From contig CALKEP010000048.1 in NCBI GenBank assembly GCA_938084645.1, forward strand, positions 1 to 31,429: DNA of 31,429 nucleotides, in the 5' to 3' direction. A program made the translations under genes and the position numbers. The notes beneath the pieces are model-generated. The model saw only the letters and a list, made by a program, of their open reading frames with translations, ran no database searches and had not been told where the DNA came from. The DNA is from an uncultured Phycisphaerales bacterium. GTDB lineage: Bacteria; Planctomycetota; Phycisphaerae; Phycisphaerales; SM1A02. Of the stretch, positions 1 through 9,869 are shown in pieces (position 1 is the stretch's first letter; the number at the start of each line of letters is the position of its first letter).

Positions 1-2397
1 CGACAGCGGGACCTGATCGCCCTGCTTGTTCTGCACCCGAAGGGCGAGGACGTCCTCGAAGGTCATTCGATCGGCGCCCTCGGCCTGGAGATTGACCTGG
101 TAGACCTGGTTGTACTTGTTCCAGTTGTTGACGTAGTACCCACCGAGATGGACCTGCAGCGTCTGGAAGACGTCGGCCATCGAAAGACCGAGCCGGGTCG
201 CCTCGACCCGGTCGATCTCCAGATCGACCTCCGGGACGTCGGTCTTGAAGTCGCAGAGGAGATTCCCGATCTCGGGCCTCGCTTCCGCCTTCTCGATGAA
301 TTCCAGCGTCGCGGCCAGCAGCGCGTCCGAACCGCGGTTCAACTGGTCGAGAATCTCGAACTGGAACCCGCCGGTCGATCCCAACCCGGGAATCGGTGGC
401 GGATTGATCGGGATGCACGTCGCGCCGTCGACCGCGAACAGCTCCCGCTTCGCCACGTCGATCACGCCGGGCACCTGCTCGTCCGCGACGGTGCGTTCGG
501 GGAAGGGATCGAGGATCGCGAAGACCACGCCGGTGGCGGAGTCGGCGTAGGCGTCGAGGAAGTTGTAGCCCGCGACGGTGTTGACGTACTGGACACCGGG
601 CGTGTCGAGCAGGATCGACGCCGCCTCCTCGCATGCCGCCTCGGTCCGTTCGAGCGACGAGCCGCTGGGGAGGGCGACGAAGACGAAGAACCAGCCCTGG
701 TCCTCCTGCGGCACGAAGCCCGTCGGCGTCTCCTTGAATCGATTGAAGGTCAGAAGGATGAGCGCCGCGAAGGCGATCAGGACCGCCCACCAGAGGCGCC
801 GCCCGAGGACGCCGACGAAACGACTGAAGCCGCTGGAGACCTTGTCGAAGCCGTCGTTGAACATCCGGAACGGCTTGATCCGATCCTCTCGCGCGGTGTG
901 CCGGAGCAGGACACCCGAAAGCGCCGGGCTGAGGCTCAGCGAATTGAAGGCCGAGATCGCCACGGAGAAGGCGATGGTGAGGGCGAACTGGTTGTAGAGC
1001 TGACCGGCGATCCCGGGCATGAACGCCGTGGGGACGAACACCGCCATCAACACCGCCGTCGTCGCGACGATCGGCGGGGTGACCTCCCGCATCGCGGCGA
1101 CCGCGGCGTCCCGCCGCCCGAGCCCGGACTCCAGCTGTCGTTCCACGTTCTCCACGACCACGATCGCATCGTCCACCACCAGACCGACCGCGAGCACCAG
1201 GCCGAGCAGGGTGAGGGTGTTGATCGAGAATCCGAACGCCGCGAGGATCGCGAAGGTCGCGACCAGCGACACCGGGATGGCGATGATCGGGATGATGGTG
1301 GTCCGCCAGCTCTGGAGGAACACGAAGACCACGATCACCACGAGGCCGATCGCCTCGAGCAGGGTGACCACCAGCTCCTTCATGCTGTCCTTGACGAAGT
1401 CGGTGCTGTCGTAGGTGATCTTCGCCTCGACCCCGTCGGGGAACCGCCCCTTCGCGGCGAGTTCGTCGATCAACGCCTGGATCTGGTTGCTGAGCTGGAT
1501 CGCGTTCGCGCCCGATCGCTGGAAGATGCCGAGCAGCGCGGTCGGCTGGTTCTGATACCGGGTGGAGGAGGCGTAGGACTCCGCACCGAGTTCGACCCGA
1601 CCGATGTCCTTGATCTGCACGACCCCGCCGTCACGGACCGCGACCACGATGTCGTTGAAGTCCTCGGCCTCGCGAAGCTGGCCGAGCGTGGTCAGCTGGT
1701 AGGTGTAGGCGGTGGCTTCGGGAAGCGGCGGCGCGCCGACCTGACCCGCCGCGACGTCGACGTTCTGGGCCTGGACCGCGCTGACCACCTCGTTCGGCGT
1801 GATGCCGACCGAGGCCATCTTGTCCGGGTCGAGCCAGATTCGGATCGAGTACTCGAGAAAACCGAAGTTCGTGACCTGCCCCGCACCAGGCAGGCGGTTC
1901 AGTGCGTCGACCAGGTTGATCTGGGCCCAGTTCCCGAGGAAGGCGCTGTCGTAGTTGCCGGTCGGATCGTAGAGGGTGAGCAGACAGGTGATGTCCGTCT
2001 CGGCCTTGTTGATCGCGACCCCGGATCGCTGCGTCACCTCCGGAAGCTGCCCGATCGCGGTCTGCACCTTGTTCTGGATGTCCACCGCCCCGATGTCGAC
2101 GTCGTAACCGACTTCGAAGGTGACGGTGATCGCGCTCGCACCGTTCGAGGTCGAGTTGCTGGACATGTAGATCATGCCCTCGACCCCGTTGATCTGCTGT
2201 TCGAGCGGCGTGGTGATCACCCGGGCGACCACATCCGCGCTCGATCCGGGGTATCCCGCCGTGATCTGGACCGTCGGCGGCACGATCGGCGGGAACAGCG
2301 CGACCGGCAGCGTGTAGATGGAGACCATCCCCACCACCACCATGAGGATCGCGATCGCACTCGCGAAGATCGGCCTGGCGATGAAGAACCGGGTCAC
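1..2397 (-). CDS. RND efflux transporter permease subunit (AcrB/HAE1 family), 3' end truncated by window edge
   Basis: Absent from the ORF track because no stop lies in the window. Manual translation from GTG at 2397 gives MTRFFIARPIFASAIAILMVVVG...PPTVQITAGYPG...PLEQQINGVEGMIYMSS, and the TM4 proton-relay motif GLVVDDAIVVVENVE at about 1141-1190. AGGAG Shine-Dalgarno lies just upstream. Confidence 0.95.
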   Translation of the reverse strand, partial: MTRFFIARPIFASAIAILMVVVGMVSIYTLPVALFPPIVPPTVQITAGYPGSSADVVARVITTPLEQQINGVEGMIYMSSNSTSNGASAITVTFEVGYDVDIGAVDIQNKVQTAIGQLPEVTQRSGVAINKAETDITCLLTLYDPTGNYDSAFLGNWAQINLVDALNRLPGAGQVTNFGFLEYSIRIWLDPDKMASVGITPNEVVSAVQAQNVDVAAGQVGAPPLPEATAYTYQLTTLGQLREAEDFNDIVVAVRDGGVVQIKDIGRVELGAESYASSTRYQNQPTALLGIFQRSGANAIQLSNQIQALIDELAAKGRFPDGVEAKITYDSTDFVKDSMKELVVTLLEAIGLVVIVVFVFLQSWRTTIIPIIAIPVSLVATFAILAAFGFSINTLTLLGLVLAVGLVVDDAIVVVENVERQLESGLGRRDAAVAAMREVTPPIVATTAVLMAVFVPTAFMPGIAGQLYNQFALTIAFSVAISAFNSLSLSPALSGVLLRHTAREDRIKPFRMFNDGFDKVSSGFSRFVGVLGRRLWWAVLIAFAALILLTFNRFKETPTGFVPQEDQGWFFVFVALPSGSSLERTEAACEEAASILLDTPGVQYVNTVAGYNFLDAYADSATGVVFAILDPFPERTVADEQVPGVIDVAKRELFAVDGATCIPINPPPIPGLGSTGGFQFEILDQLNRGSDALLAATLEFIEKAEARPEIGNLLCDFKTDVPEVDLEIDRVEATRLGLSMADVFQTLQVHLGGYYVNNWNKYNQVYQVNLQAEGADRMTFEDVLALRVQNKQGDQVPLS

Positions 2398-2431
2398 GCG
2401 ACGCTCCTGGAATTGACGACTCGATTCGCGA

Positions 2432-3703
2432 TCACTTGGACGCTCCGCCGTGTCCGCTCGCGGCCTCGGGGTGGACGGCCTGCTTGGCGACGTGGCTCTG
2501 GCCGGGGTGCTTCCCACCCTTCGACGGGTCGGCGGCCTCCTTCTGCTTCGCGGCGACCTCCTTGCGCCACGCGTCCAGCGACAGGGTCTTGGCACGGACG
2601 GTCACGTCCGACTTCAGCATGTAGGGGTTGCCCTCGACGACCACCGGGACACCCGCCTCCAGACCGGTCACGACGCGAAGCTCCTTCCACTGCGGCCCCA
2701 GCGTCACGTTCGCTCGGACGAGCTTGTCATCCTTCACCGTCCAGACGAAGGCCTGCTGCGGCTCGCTCTGGATCGCCTCGACCGGGACGACCACCCGGCC
2801 GGGCAGCACGCCGAGATCGACTTCGACGTCGGCGAACAATCCCGGCACGAGCCGGAGATCGGTGTTGGGGAAGCTCGCACGGGCGATGAAGGTCGAACTG
2901 TCGGTGGCGGCCTCGTTGTCCACGAGATCGAGGGAACCTTCATAGGTGTAGGCGGAGGTCAGGCTGCGAACCGTCACCTTGACGCCGACGTCCTTCGCCG
3001 GCCAGGTCATGACGTAGTCCGGCAGTTCCGTCCCCGCGGGCTGGAAGACCACCCGCATCGGATCGAGATCGACCACCACCGCGAGATCCTCGTTGATGCC
3101 GGGTCCGACCAGATTGCCCACGTCGACGAGACGTCGACCGATCCGCCCGTCGAAGGGCGCCACGACCTCGGTGTAGCCGAGGTTGATCTCCGCCTCGATC
3201 AGATTCGCACGGGCCACCTGCACCTGGGCCGCGGCCGATTCGAGATTCGTGCGGTACTGATCGAACGCCTGGGCCGAGATCGCGCCGGACGCGACCAGTG
3301 GCTCGTTCCTGACGAACTCGATCCGGGCGAAGTCGAACGCCGCTTCCGCGGACGCGAGCTGGCCCTGGGCTTCGAGGACCTGCGCCTCGTACGGCGGTTG
3401 TTCGATCACGAACATCGTGTCGCCGGCGGACACCGACGTGCCCTCCTCGAAACGACGCTCCTCGAGGAACCCGGTGATCCGGGCCTCGAGCGTCGCCTGC
3501 CGGACCGCTTCGGTGTTCCCGGGGTATCGCCTGAGGTCCGGAACGTCCATCTTCTCCGACGCCACGGCGGTGACCGGGAGATCCGGCTTCTTCGCCGGCG
3601 CCTTCGCGGCCGCACGGTCACATCCGGACAGCGCGGTGGCGACACCGAGCGCGATCACGGCGAAGAGCGTGCATCCGGATCGTCGATTCGAGCTTTCGTT
3701 CAT
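2432..3703 (-). CDS. RND efflux periplasmic adaptor (membrane fusion protein), lipoprotein
   Basis: Start re-called to ATG 3703, which overlaps the OMF stop (ATGA). Lipobox LSGC; motifs ARITGFLEERRFEEG..V..GD and LGYTEVVAPFDGRIG. Confidence 0.93.
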   Translation of the reverse strand: MNESSNRRSGCTLFAVIALGVATALSGCDRAAAKAPAKKPDLPVTAVASEKMDVPDLRRYPGNTEAVRQATLEARITGFLEERRFEEGTSVSAGDTMFVIEQPPYEAQVLEAQGQLASAEAAFDFARIEFVRNEPLVASGAISAQAFDQYRTNLESAAAQVQVARANLIEAEINLGYTEVVAPFDGRIGRRLVDVGNLVGPGINEDLAVVVDLDPMRVVFQPAGTELPDYVMTWPAKDVGVKVTVRSLTSAYTYEGSLDLVDNEAATDSSTFIARASFPNTDLRLVPGLFADVEVDLGVLPGRVVVPVEAIQSEPQQAFVWTVKDDKLVRANVTLGPQWKELRVVTGLEAGVPVVVEGNPYMLKSDVTVRAKTLSLDAWRKEVAAKQKEAADPSKGGKHPGQSHVAKQAVHPEAASGHGGASK

Positions 3704-5232
3704 CCCGCATCCTCCACGATCACGGCCGTCGCTCGCGCGTCGATCGTGTTCTCCTCGATGTTCCAAGATCCGCCGAGCGCCTTGTAGATTCCGACCGCGT
3801 TCGCCGCCACCTGACCGTCGATCACCGCGAGTTCCTGGACGGCGCCGAGCAGTTCGCGTTCGAGATCCAGCAGTGACTCGAGATCGTCGACCCCCTGCTC
3901 GAGGCGCGACGTCGCGAGCGTGGCGGCCCGGTCGTAGGTCTCGACCACCTGCCGGAGCCTCGCCTGCTCGCGAAGACTCGAGCCGTACGCGACCAGGGCC
4001 GTCTCGACGTCCGCGATCGCGCCGAAGACCGTCGCCTCGTAGGACATGAGCGCCTGATAGGCCTGTTCGTTCCGAACGTCGATCACCGAACGGAGCCGGC
4101 CCGCGGTGAAGATCGGCCAGGACACCTCGATCGCGAGCAGGCCGCCAAGATTCGACGGCGTCACGAGCCGGTCGAACTGCGTGCTGCTGTAGCCGCCCTG
4201 CCCGGTCAGTCGAAGCGAGGGGTACAGCGCGGCTTCCGCGACGCCGATGTTCGCGGCGGCCGCGCCGACCTGCCGTTCCGCGGCCCGGATGTCGGGGCGG
4301 CGGCGAATGACGTCGGCGGGAATGCCCACCGCGATCTCCTTCGGCGGATCGGGGACCCCGAGGTCCTCGACGGACGCCGCGAAGCGTTCGCGAAGCGGCC
4401 CGGCCGGCTCCGCGATCAGCACCGACAGCCGGTTGATCGCGGCCGCGAGCTCGTACTCCAGCGAGGGCACCTTCGCCTCCGCCGCCTGCAGCTGTGCCTG
4501 GGCCTGCAGGAGGGAGAACTCGGTCACCACGCCCTGCCGGTACTGCGTTCGCGCAAGGGTCACGGTCTCGGCCTGGGCCGCGACGATCCGTCGCAACGCC
4601 GTGATCTGCCCCTGAAGCGATCGCGCCTCGATGTAACTCCGAGCGACCTCCGCTCGGATGGTCACGAGGATGTCGCGGGCGTCCTCGATCTGCGCCTGCA
4701 GATCGAACTCCGCCGCCTGCATGCCGCGCCGCACCTTGCCCCAGAGATCGATCTCCCAGCCGAAGTCGAGTCCGAGGCTGTAGAAGTTCTGATCCGAGAC
4801 GGGCAGGCCGGAACTGTTGGCCTGGTTGCCGTCGAGGAATTCGGCTTCGCCTTGCGCATTGAGCTCGGGATAGAGATCCGCGGCGGCGATCCCGTAGAGG
4901 GAACGTGCCTCGCGGATGCGACTCGCGGCGGTGCGCAGATCGAAGTTGTTGCGTTCGGCGGTCGCGACGAGATCGACCAGCATCGGATCGTCGAAACCAC
5001 GCCACCACGCCCCCGGATCGACCTCGCCACGCGTCAGTCCCTCGACGAGATCCTCATGCCAGGCGTCGGCAGCGACGATGGACGGAGGTGTCGGGTCCGG
5101 GCCCACCATGCATCCGGGCAGGACACCAAGCAGAAGCACGCACGCGAAACGCGAGCGCCGCGACGGCATCGCTGCCGGCCGGCCAACTCGCCGCGTGCTG
5201 CATCGGTCACCTTCTCTTGGGATCACGGGCAT
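3700..5232 (-). CDS. Efflux outer-membrane factor lipoprotein (NodT/OprM family)
   Basis: Lipobox LPGC-MVGPD; WWRGFDDP, WEIDLWGKVRR, RRPDIRAAER and YKALGGSW motifs. Start is ATG 5232 (7 nt after TACCTT) or ATG 5169. Confidence 0.93.
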   Translation of the reverse strand: MPVIPREGDRCSTRRVGRPAAMPSRRSRFACVLLLGVLPGCMVGPDPTPPSIVAADAWHEDLVEGLTRGEVDPGAWWRGFDDPMLVDLVATAERNNFDLRTAASRIREARSLYGIAAADLYPELNAQGEAEFLDGNQANSSGLPVSDQNFYSLGLDFGWEIDLWGKVRRGMQAAEFDLQAQIEDARDILVTIRAEVARSYIEARSLQGQITALRRIVAAQAETVTLARTQYRQGVVTEFSLLQAQAQLQAAEAKVPSLEYELAAAINRLSVLIAEPAGPLRERFAASVEDLGVPDPPKEIAVGIPADVIRRRPDIRAAERQVGAAAANIGVAEAALYPSLRLTGQGGYSSTQFDRLVTPSNLGGLLAIEVSWPIFTAGRLRSVIDVRNEQAYQALMSYEATVFGAIADVETALVAYGSSLREQARLRQVVETYDRAATLATSRLEQGVDDLESLLDLERELLGAVQELAVIDGQVAANAVGIYKALGGSWNIEENTIDARATAVIVEDAG

Positions 5233-5239
5233 GTGACGC

Positions 5240-5245
5240 AAGGTA
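5240..5245 (-). promoter_or_regulatory. Putative -10 element (TACCTT), leaderless spacing to ATG 5232
   Basis: TANNNT hexamer 7 nt upstream of an in-frame ATG at the head of the efflux operon. Confidence 0.4.
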
Positions 5246-5341
5246 CTCGCCTCACGACTCAGGCGGGGGCCGGCGTCGAAAAATCGTTCGGTCCTGCATC
5301 GCTTTGGGGGAAAGAGAGACGGTGGATTCCCGATCCAGCGT

Positions 5342-5347
5342 TACCAT
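5342..5347 (+). promoter_or_regulatory. Putative -10 element (TACCAT) for the cytochrome operon
   Basis: TANNNT in the divergent intergenic region, upstream of GGGAG at 5371-5375 and starts at GTG 5382/ATG 5388. Confidence 0.4.
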
Positions 5348-5387
5348 CCGATTGTTCGTGAATCCTCCTCGGGAGCAACTCGTGAAG

Positions 5388-8213
5388 ATGCGACGCAAGA
5401 CGGGTGGCGGTTCGATCGCCTCGAAATCCACGAAGACGTTCGGGGCCGCTTCGATTCTTGCGCTCCTCGCCGCGGCCGGGGGATGCGAGGATCCCGACGG
5501 CGCATCGAGGGTCGCGTCGATCGAATGGCGTTCACTCGCCGCGGAGAATCTGGCCGCGGATGCCTCCTGCACCGCCTGTCACGAGGCGGGGGCCGAGGTC
5601 CGACGACGCCTCGGCGTCTCACCCGCTCCACGGCTCCTCGGTGCCGACGGAATCGGAGGACGGCTCTCGCCCGCCGCCATCCGATCCAGGGTCCGTGGTC
5701 ACGGCGCCGAATCGGGCCTGCGAATGCCGGACCTGCTTCATGGCCTCGAAGATGCCGAGCGGGCGGTCGCGGTCGATGAACTCGTCCACTTCCTCGTGGA
5801 GCAGGGCGGCCCGATTCCGGTCGACGCCACCCGCATGGAGATCTCCACCTCGCGGATCGCCCAGGGCGCTTCGCTCTGGGATTCCGTCGGCTGCACCGCA
5901 TGCCACGGCGTCGACGCCGCAAGCGGGCTCGGCCTCGGCGATCTCGCCGCCGGTTGGACCTTCGATTCGCTCTCGGACTTCCTCGGCGACCCACTCGCCG
6001 TCCACCCCGGCGGTCGGATGCCGTCACTCTCGCTCACCGAAGACGAGAGCAGTTCGATCGCCGCGTTCCTGCTGGCCGGCGGCGACATGACGAAGACGAC
6101 CGCCTCGAAACCCGGCCTGCAGTTGAACTACTTCGAAGGTGACTTCGACGGCATGGGCCCGATCGACGCGGTCGGCGGTGACGTCGATCCGGTCCGGGTT
6201 CCGGTCCCGGGCGTGGGCCCCTACGCGGGTCGCGATCGATTCGGTCTGCACCTCTCCGGTGAAATCGAGATCCCGACCTCGGGCCGCTGGAACTTCTACC
6301 TGACCTCCGACGACGGCTCCGGCCTGAAGATCGACGGCCGCGAGGTGGTGGCGAATCCGGGAATCCACGGCGCGATCATGAAACGGGGTTCCGTGGACCT
6401 CGACGCCGGGCGACATGCGATCGACATCGGGATGTTCGAAGCCTCCGGCGGCGAGGAGCTCTCGCTGTCGTGGAGCGGACCGGGCGTCCCCCGCCAACCC
6501 GTTCCCGCCGAGGCCTTCTTCAGCGACGCCGTGGTGCTCGATGCGGGATGGGCCGCCTTCGAACTCGACACCGAACTGGCCCGACGCGGCGCGGAGCGCT
6601 TCGCACGGACCGGCTGCACCGCCTGCCACGTGCCGGACATGCCACGACCGAGCGGCATCGCCGGGGCGTCCCCGCTCGCCTCCCTGGTCGCCGGGCGAGG
6701 CTGCCTCTCGCCCGAAGTCCCCTCCACCGCACCGGACTACGACTTCGATGCCGAGGAGCTCGCCCTGCTGGACGAGTTCGTCACGAACGCCGGGGCCATG
6801 GTCGAACCGCTTCCCGCCGATGTCGCGGTCGCCCACGCGATGAACCGACTCGACTGCATCGCCTGCCACGAACGACCCGACGTGGGCGGGCCTTCCGTCG
6901 AGGCCCGGGCCCGCTTCGCCTCGGACGACGATGCGGAACTCGGCGACGAAGGGCGGATCCCCCCCGCGCTCGACGGCGTGGGCAACAAGCTTCGACTCGA
7001 GGCGCTTCGCGACATGCTCGCCAACGGCACCAAGGTGCGTCCGTACATGAAGACCCGGATGCCGATCTTCGGCGACGCCCAGACCCGGGATCTCGTGGTC
7101 CACCTCGCGGCGGCCGACGCGATCGCGGCCGACGGCCGGGAACCGGAGTTCGACGAGGAACGGGTCGCCGCGGGACACGTGCTCACGGGCACCGACGGCG
7201 TGTCGTGCGTGCAGTGCCACACCGTGGGCGGACATCCCGCCCTCGGCATCCCCGCGGTGGATCTCGCGACGATGCACGCCCGGCTCCGGCCCGGCTGGTT
7301 CCGCAAGCACCTGCTCGATCCGCAGAAGACGAATCCCGGCACCCGGATGACCGCCTCCTGGGGCAACGGCGGCACGGAGCGGATCTTCCCGGAGATTCTC
7401 GGCGGCGATCCCGTCAAGCAGGTCGACGCGATCCGCTCCTACCTCTCGCTCGGTGAATCGATGCCGCTTCCACGGGGCGTGGTGCCGGACGCCGGTGAAT
7501 ACGCGCTCGTCCCCATCGACGAACCGATCCTCTTCGGGACCTTCATGCGGGACGTGAGCCCGCGCACCATCGCCGTCGGACTGCCCGAGAACATCCACTT
7601 CGCGTGGGACGCGGAACACGCCCGACTCGCCAAGGCGTGGCGCGGCGCGTTCATGGACGCCGAGGGAACCTGGCGCGGACGCGCCGGCCAGCTCGAGGCG
7701 CCGGAGGGGCGCTCGGTCCTCCAGATGCCCGACGGTCCGGCGATCGCGATGCTGGAGACGCGCGACGCCGCCTGGCCGGCCGCGAACGCCCGGGACGCCG
7801 CCGGCCTCCGGAACGGCGCGTGGCGGTTCGCCGGCGTGACCCGGGACGACGCACGACGCCCCGCCTTCAACAGCGAACTCGACGGCGTTCGAATCGTCGA
7901 ACGCCCGTTGCCGAGGATCGCGGAGGGTGGCACCACCCTCATCCGGCGATTCACCGTGGGAAGCGACGCCGGCCGCGGCGATCTCTACATGCGGGCCGCG
8001 ATCGCCACCTCGATCGAACCCGTCGCAGGCGAGGGCCTCGAGCGGATCTGGCGGATCAACGGCGAACGAACCGTCCGCGTGTCGGGCGCCGAGTCGTTCG
8101 TCCGCGAGGATCCCGGGGGGATGAAGGAACTGATCGTCAAGGTCCCGCTGAAGATGGTCGGACGCGAAGACGTGGACTTCGAAGGCGAATTCGATGTGGA
8201 GCTGACATGGTGA
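5388..8213 (+). CDS. Multiheme (5x CXXCH) cytochrome c lipoprotein with inserted PA14 domain
   Basis: Signal peptide with lipobox AGGC. CTACH x3, CIACH and CVQCH begin at about 5568, 5892, 6615, 6855 and 7206. PA14 segment GLQLNYFEG...FYLTSDDGS.LKIDG...LSWSGPG at about 6110-6520. Alternative start GTG 5382. Confidence 0.88.
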   Translation: MRRKTGGGSIASKSTKTFGAASILALLAAAGGCEDPDGASRVASIEWRSLAAENLAADASCTACHEAGAEVRRRLGVSPAPRLLGADGIGGRLSPAAIRSRVRGHGAESGLRMPDLLHGLEDAERAVAVDELVHFLVEQGGPIPVDATRMEISTSRIAQGASLWDSVGCTACHGVDAASGLGLGDLAAGWTFDSLSDFLGDPLAVHPGGRMPSLSLTEDESSSIAAFLLAGGDMTKTTASKPGLQLNYFEGDFDGMGPIDAVGGDVDPVRVPVPGVGPYAGRDRFGLHLSGEIEIPTSGRWNFYLTSDDGSGLKIDGREVVANPGIHGAIMKRGSVDLDAGRHAIDIGMFEASGGEELSLSWSGPGVPRQPVPAEAFFSDAVVLDAGWAAFELDTELARRGAERFARTGCTACHVPDMPRPSGIAGASPLASLVAGRGCLSPEVPSTAPDYDFDAEELALLDEFVTNAGAMVEPLPADVAVAHAMNRLDCIACHERPDVGGPSVEARARFASDDDAELGDEGRIPPALDGVGNKLRLEALRDMLANGTKVRPYMKTRMPIFGDAQTRDLVVHLAAADAIAADGREPEFDEERVAAGHVLTGTDGVSCVQCHTVGGHPALGIPAVDLATMHARLRPGWFRKHLLDPQKTNPGTRMTASWGNGGTERIFPEILGGDPVKQVDAIRSYLSLGESMPLPRGVVPDAGEYALVPIDEPILFGTFMRDVSPRTIAVGLPENIHFAWDAEHARLAKAWRGAFMDAEGTWRGRAGQLEAPEGRSVLQMPDGPAIAMLETRDAAWPAANARDAAGLRNGAWRFAGVTRDDARRPAFNSELDGVRIVERPLPRIAEGGTTLIRRFTVGSDAGRGDLYMRAAIATSIEPVAGEGLERIWRINGERTVRVSGAESFVREDPGGMKELIVKVPLKMVGREDVDFEGEFDVELTW

Positions 8214-8233
8214 ATCGACCCGAGGAGACAAGG

Positions 8234-9850
8234 ATGCATTCCCTTCGACAGACGAATTCCGGAATCGGAATCGGCCGAAACGCGATCGTGGCGATGTCGG
8301 CCATCGCCGCCATGACCTGTGGAATCGCCACCGCGGTCGACGAAGAGACGTACTGGCGACTCGTCGACGTTCCCGAACCGGAAGGCGTGGCCCACGAGGT
8401 GGGCGCCGTGCTCCCGCTCGGCGGCGGACGGATCATGACCGCGACCCGGCGGGGCGACGTCTGGATCGTCGAGAACGCCTACGAAGCCGCGCCGACCGTG
8501 GCGGTGCTCGCGGGAAGCCCCGAGGACGAGGCGACCAGTGACGATCCGCACCGCATCCGCTTCATCAAGTACGCCGACGGACTGCAGGAGCCGCTCGGGC
8601 TCGCGGTGCATCCGGACGAGGACGCGAAGCGCCGGGCGGCGATCGCGGAAGGCCGGTCCTGGAACGGCCCGGTCCACGTCGCCCAGCGCGGCGAGGTCTC
8701 CCGCATGGTCGATCTCGACGAGGACTGGCGGGTCGACCGGGTCGAGACCGTGTGCGACGACTGGGCGATCAGCGGGAACTACCACGAATACACCTTCGGA
8801 CCGGTGTTCGACGCGAACGGCGATCTCTGGCTCACGCTCAACCGTCCCTTCGGGAGCGAACCCTTCGGCAAGAAGGACTGGCGCGGCTGGGCGATCCGAG
8901 TCGACGAAGACGGCGCCATGCACGCGGAGGCCGCGGGTCTTCGTTCACCCTGCGGCGTCGAGATGGGACCGGACGGAAACCTCTACTACACCGACAACCA
9001 GGGCGAATGGTGCGGCGCGAGCAAGATGTCGATCATCGAACGCGGCGACTTCCACGGCCATCCCTGGGGCATCGCGAGCACGAAGCGGCCCGAGTCGCTG
9101 GTGGAGTTCCCCGGCGACATTCCGGACGGCATCCCGATGCCGGAGGCGGCGGCGCGGATCCCGGACTTCAAGATGCCGGTGGTCTGGTTCCCCTACAACA
9201 AGTGCGGCCAGAGTCCGGGCGAGGTCGTCTGGGACGTGGACGGCACCCTCGGCCCCTTCTTCAAGGGTCAGGCGTTCATGGGCGACCAGCATCACGCCGC
9301 GGTCTATCGGATCTTCACCGAAGAGGTGAACGGACACGTGCAGGGCGCCGTGTTCCCGTTCCGCAGCGGCTTCGAGTGCGGGATCATCCGCGTCGAGATG
9401 GGCGAGGACGGATCGCTGGTCGCCGGCATGACCAATCGCGGCTGGGGTTCGAAGGGGACCCGCCCGTTCGGCATGCAGCGCCTGGAATGGACCGGCGAGA
9501 TCCCGTTCGAGGTCCAGCGCATGGAGGCGACGCCGACGGGCTTCCGACTGACCTTCACCCGTCCCGCCGACCCCGCGACCGCGAGCGAGCCGTCGAACTA
9601 CGCGATGTCGAGCTACACCTATCTCCTGCATTCCCCCTACGGAAGCCCGGAGACCGACACCGCACCCGTCGTCGTGAAACTCGCCCAGGTCTCGGGCGAC
9701 AACCTCACCGTCGACCTGACGTGCGAACCGCTCCGTCCCGGATACGTGCACGAGCTCCATCTCGACGGGGTTCGCGACGACGCGGGCGAACCACTGCTTC
9801 ACGACGAGGCCTACTACACGCTGGTGGAGATTCCGGAAGCCGGCGAATGA
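8234..9850 (+). CDS. Secreted beta-propeller protein, glucose/sorbosone-dehydrogenase-like (PVC-type)
   Basis: GAGGAG SD 6 nt before ATG 8234 (alternative ATG 8207). Signal peptide; motifs GNYHEYTFGP, WRGW, GLRSPCG, YTDNQGEW, GDFHGHP and TNRGWGS typical of this family. Confidence 0.75.
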   Translation: MHSLRQTNSGIGIGRNAIVAMSAIAAMTCGIATAVDEETYWRLVDVPEPEGVAHEVGAVLPLGGGRIMTATRRGDVWIVENAYEAAPTVAVLAGSPEDEATSDDPHRIRFIKYADGLQEPLGLAVHPDEDAKRRAAIAEGRSWNGPVHVAQRGEVSRMVDLDEDWRVDRVETVCDDWAISGNYHEYTFGPVFDANGDLWLTLNRPFGSEPFGKKDWRGWAIRVDEDGAMHAEAAGLRSPCGVEMGPDGNLYYTDNQGEWCGASKMSIIERGDFHGHPWGIASTKRPESLVEFPGDIPDGIPMPEAAARIPDFKMPVVWFPYNKCGQSPGEVVWDVDGTLGPFFKGQAFMGDQHHAAVYRIFTEEVNGHVQGAVFPFRSGFECGIIRVEMGEDGSLVAGMTNRGWGSKGTRPFGMQRLEWTGEIPFEVQRMEATPTGFRLTFTRPADPATASEPSNYAMSSYTYLLHSPYGSPETDTAPVVVKLAQVSGDNLTVDLTCEPLRPGYVHELHLDGVRDDAGEPLLHDEAYYTLVEIPEAGE

Positions 9851-9869
9851 GCCTTCCACGGATCCGACG

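Noticed and set aside
148..2889. 913-aa plus-strand ORF
   Set aside because: Antisense shadow of the RND permease and MFP. It is Arg/Asp/His-rich with no motifs, a typical high-GC artefact.
3704..5008. 435-aa N-terminal extension of the MFP ORF (apparent 858-aa protein)
   Set aside because: Off-frame overlap with the OMF gene. The real start is ATG 3703, with a signal peptide and lipobox.
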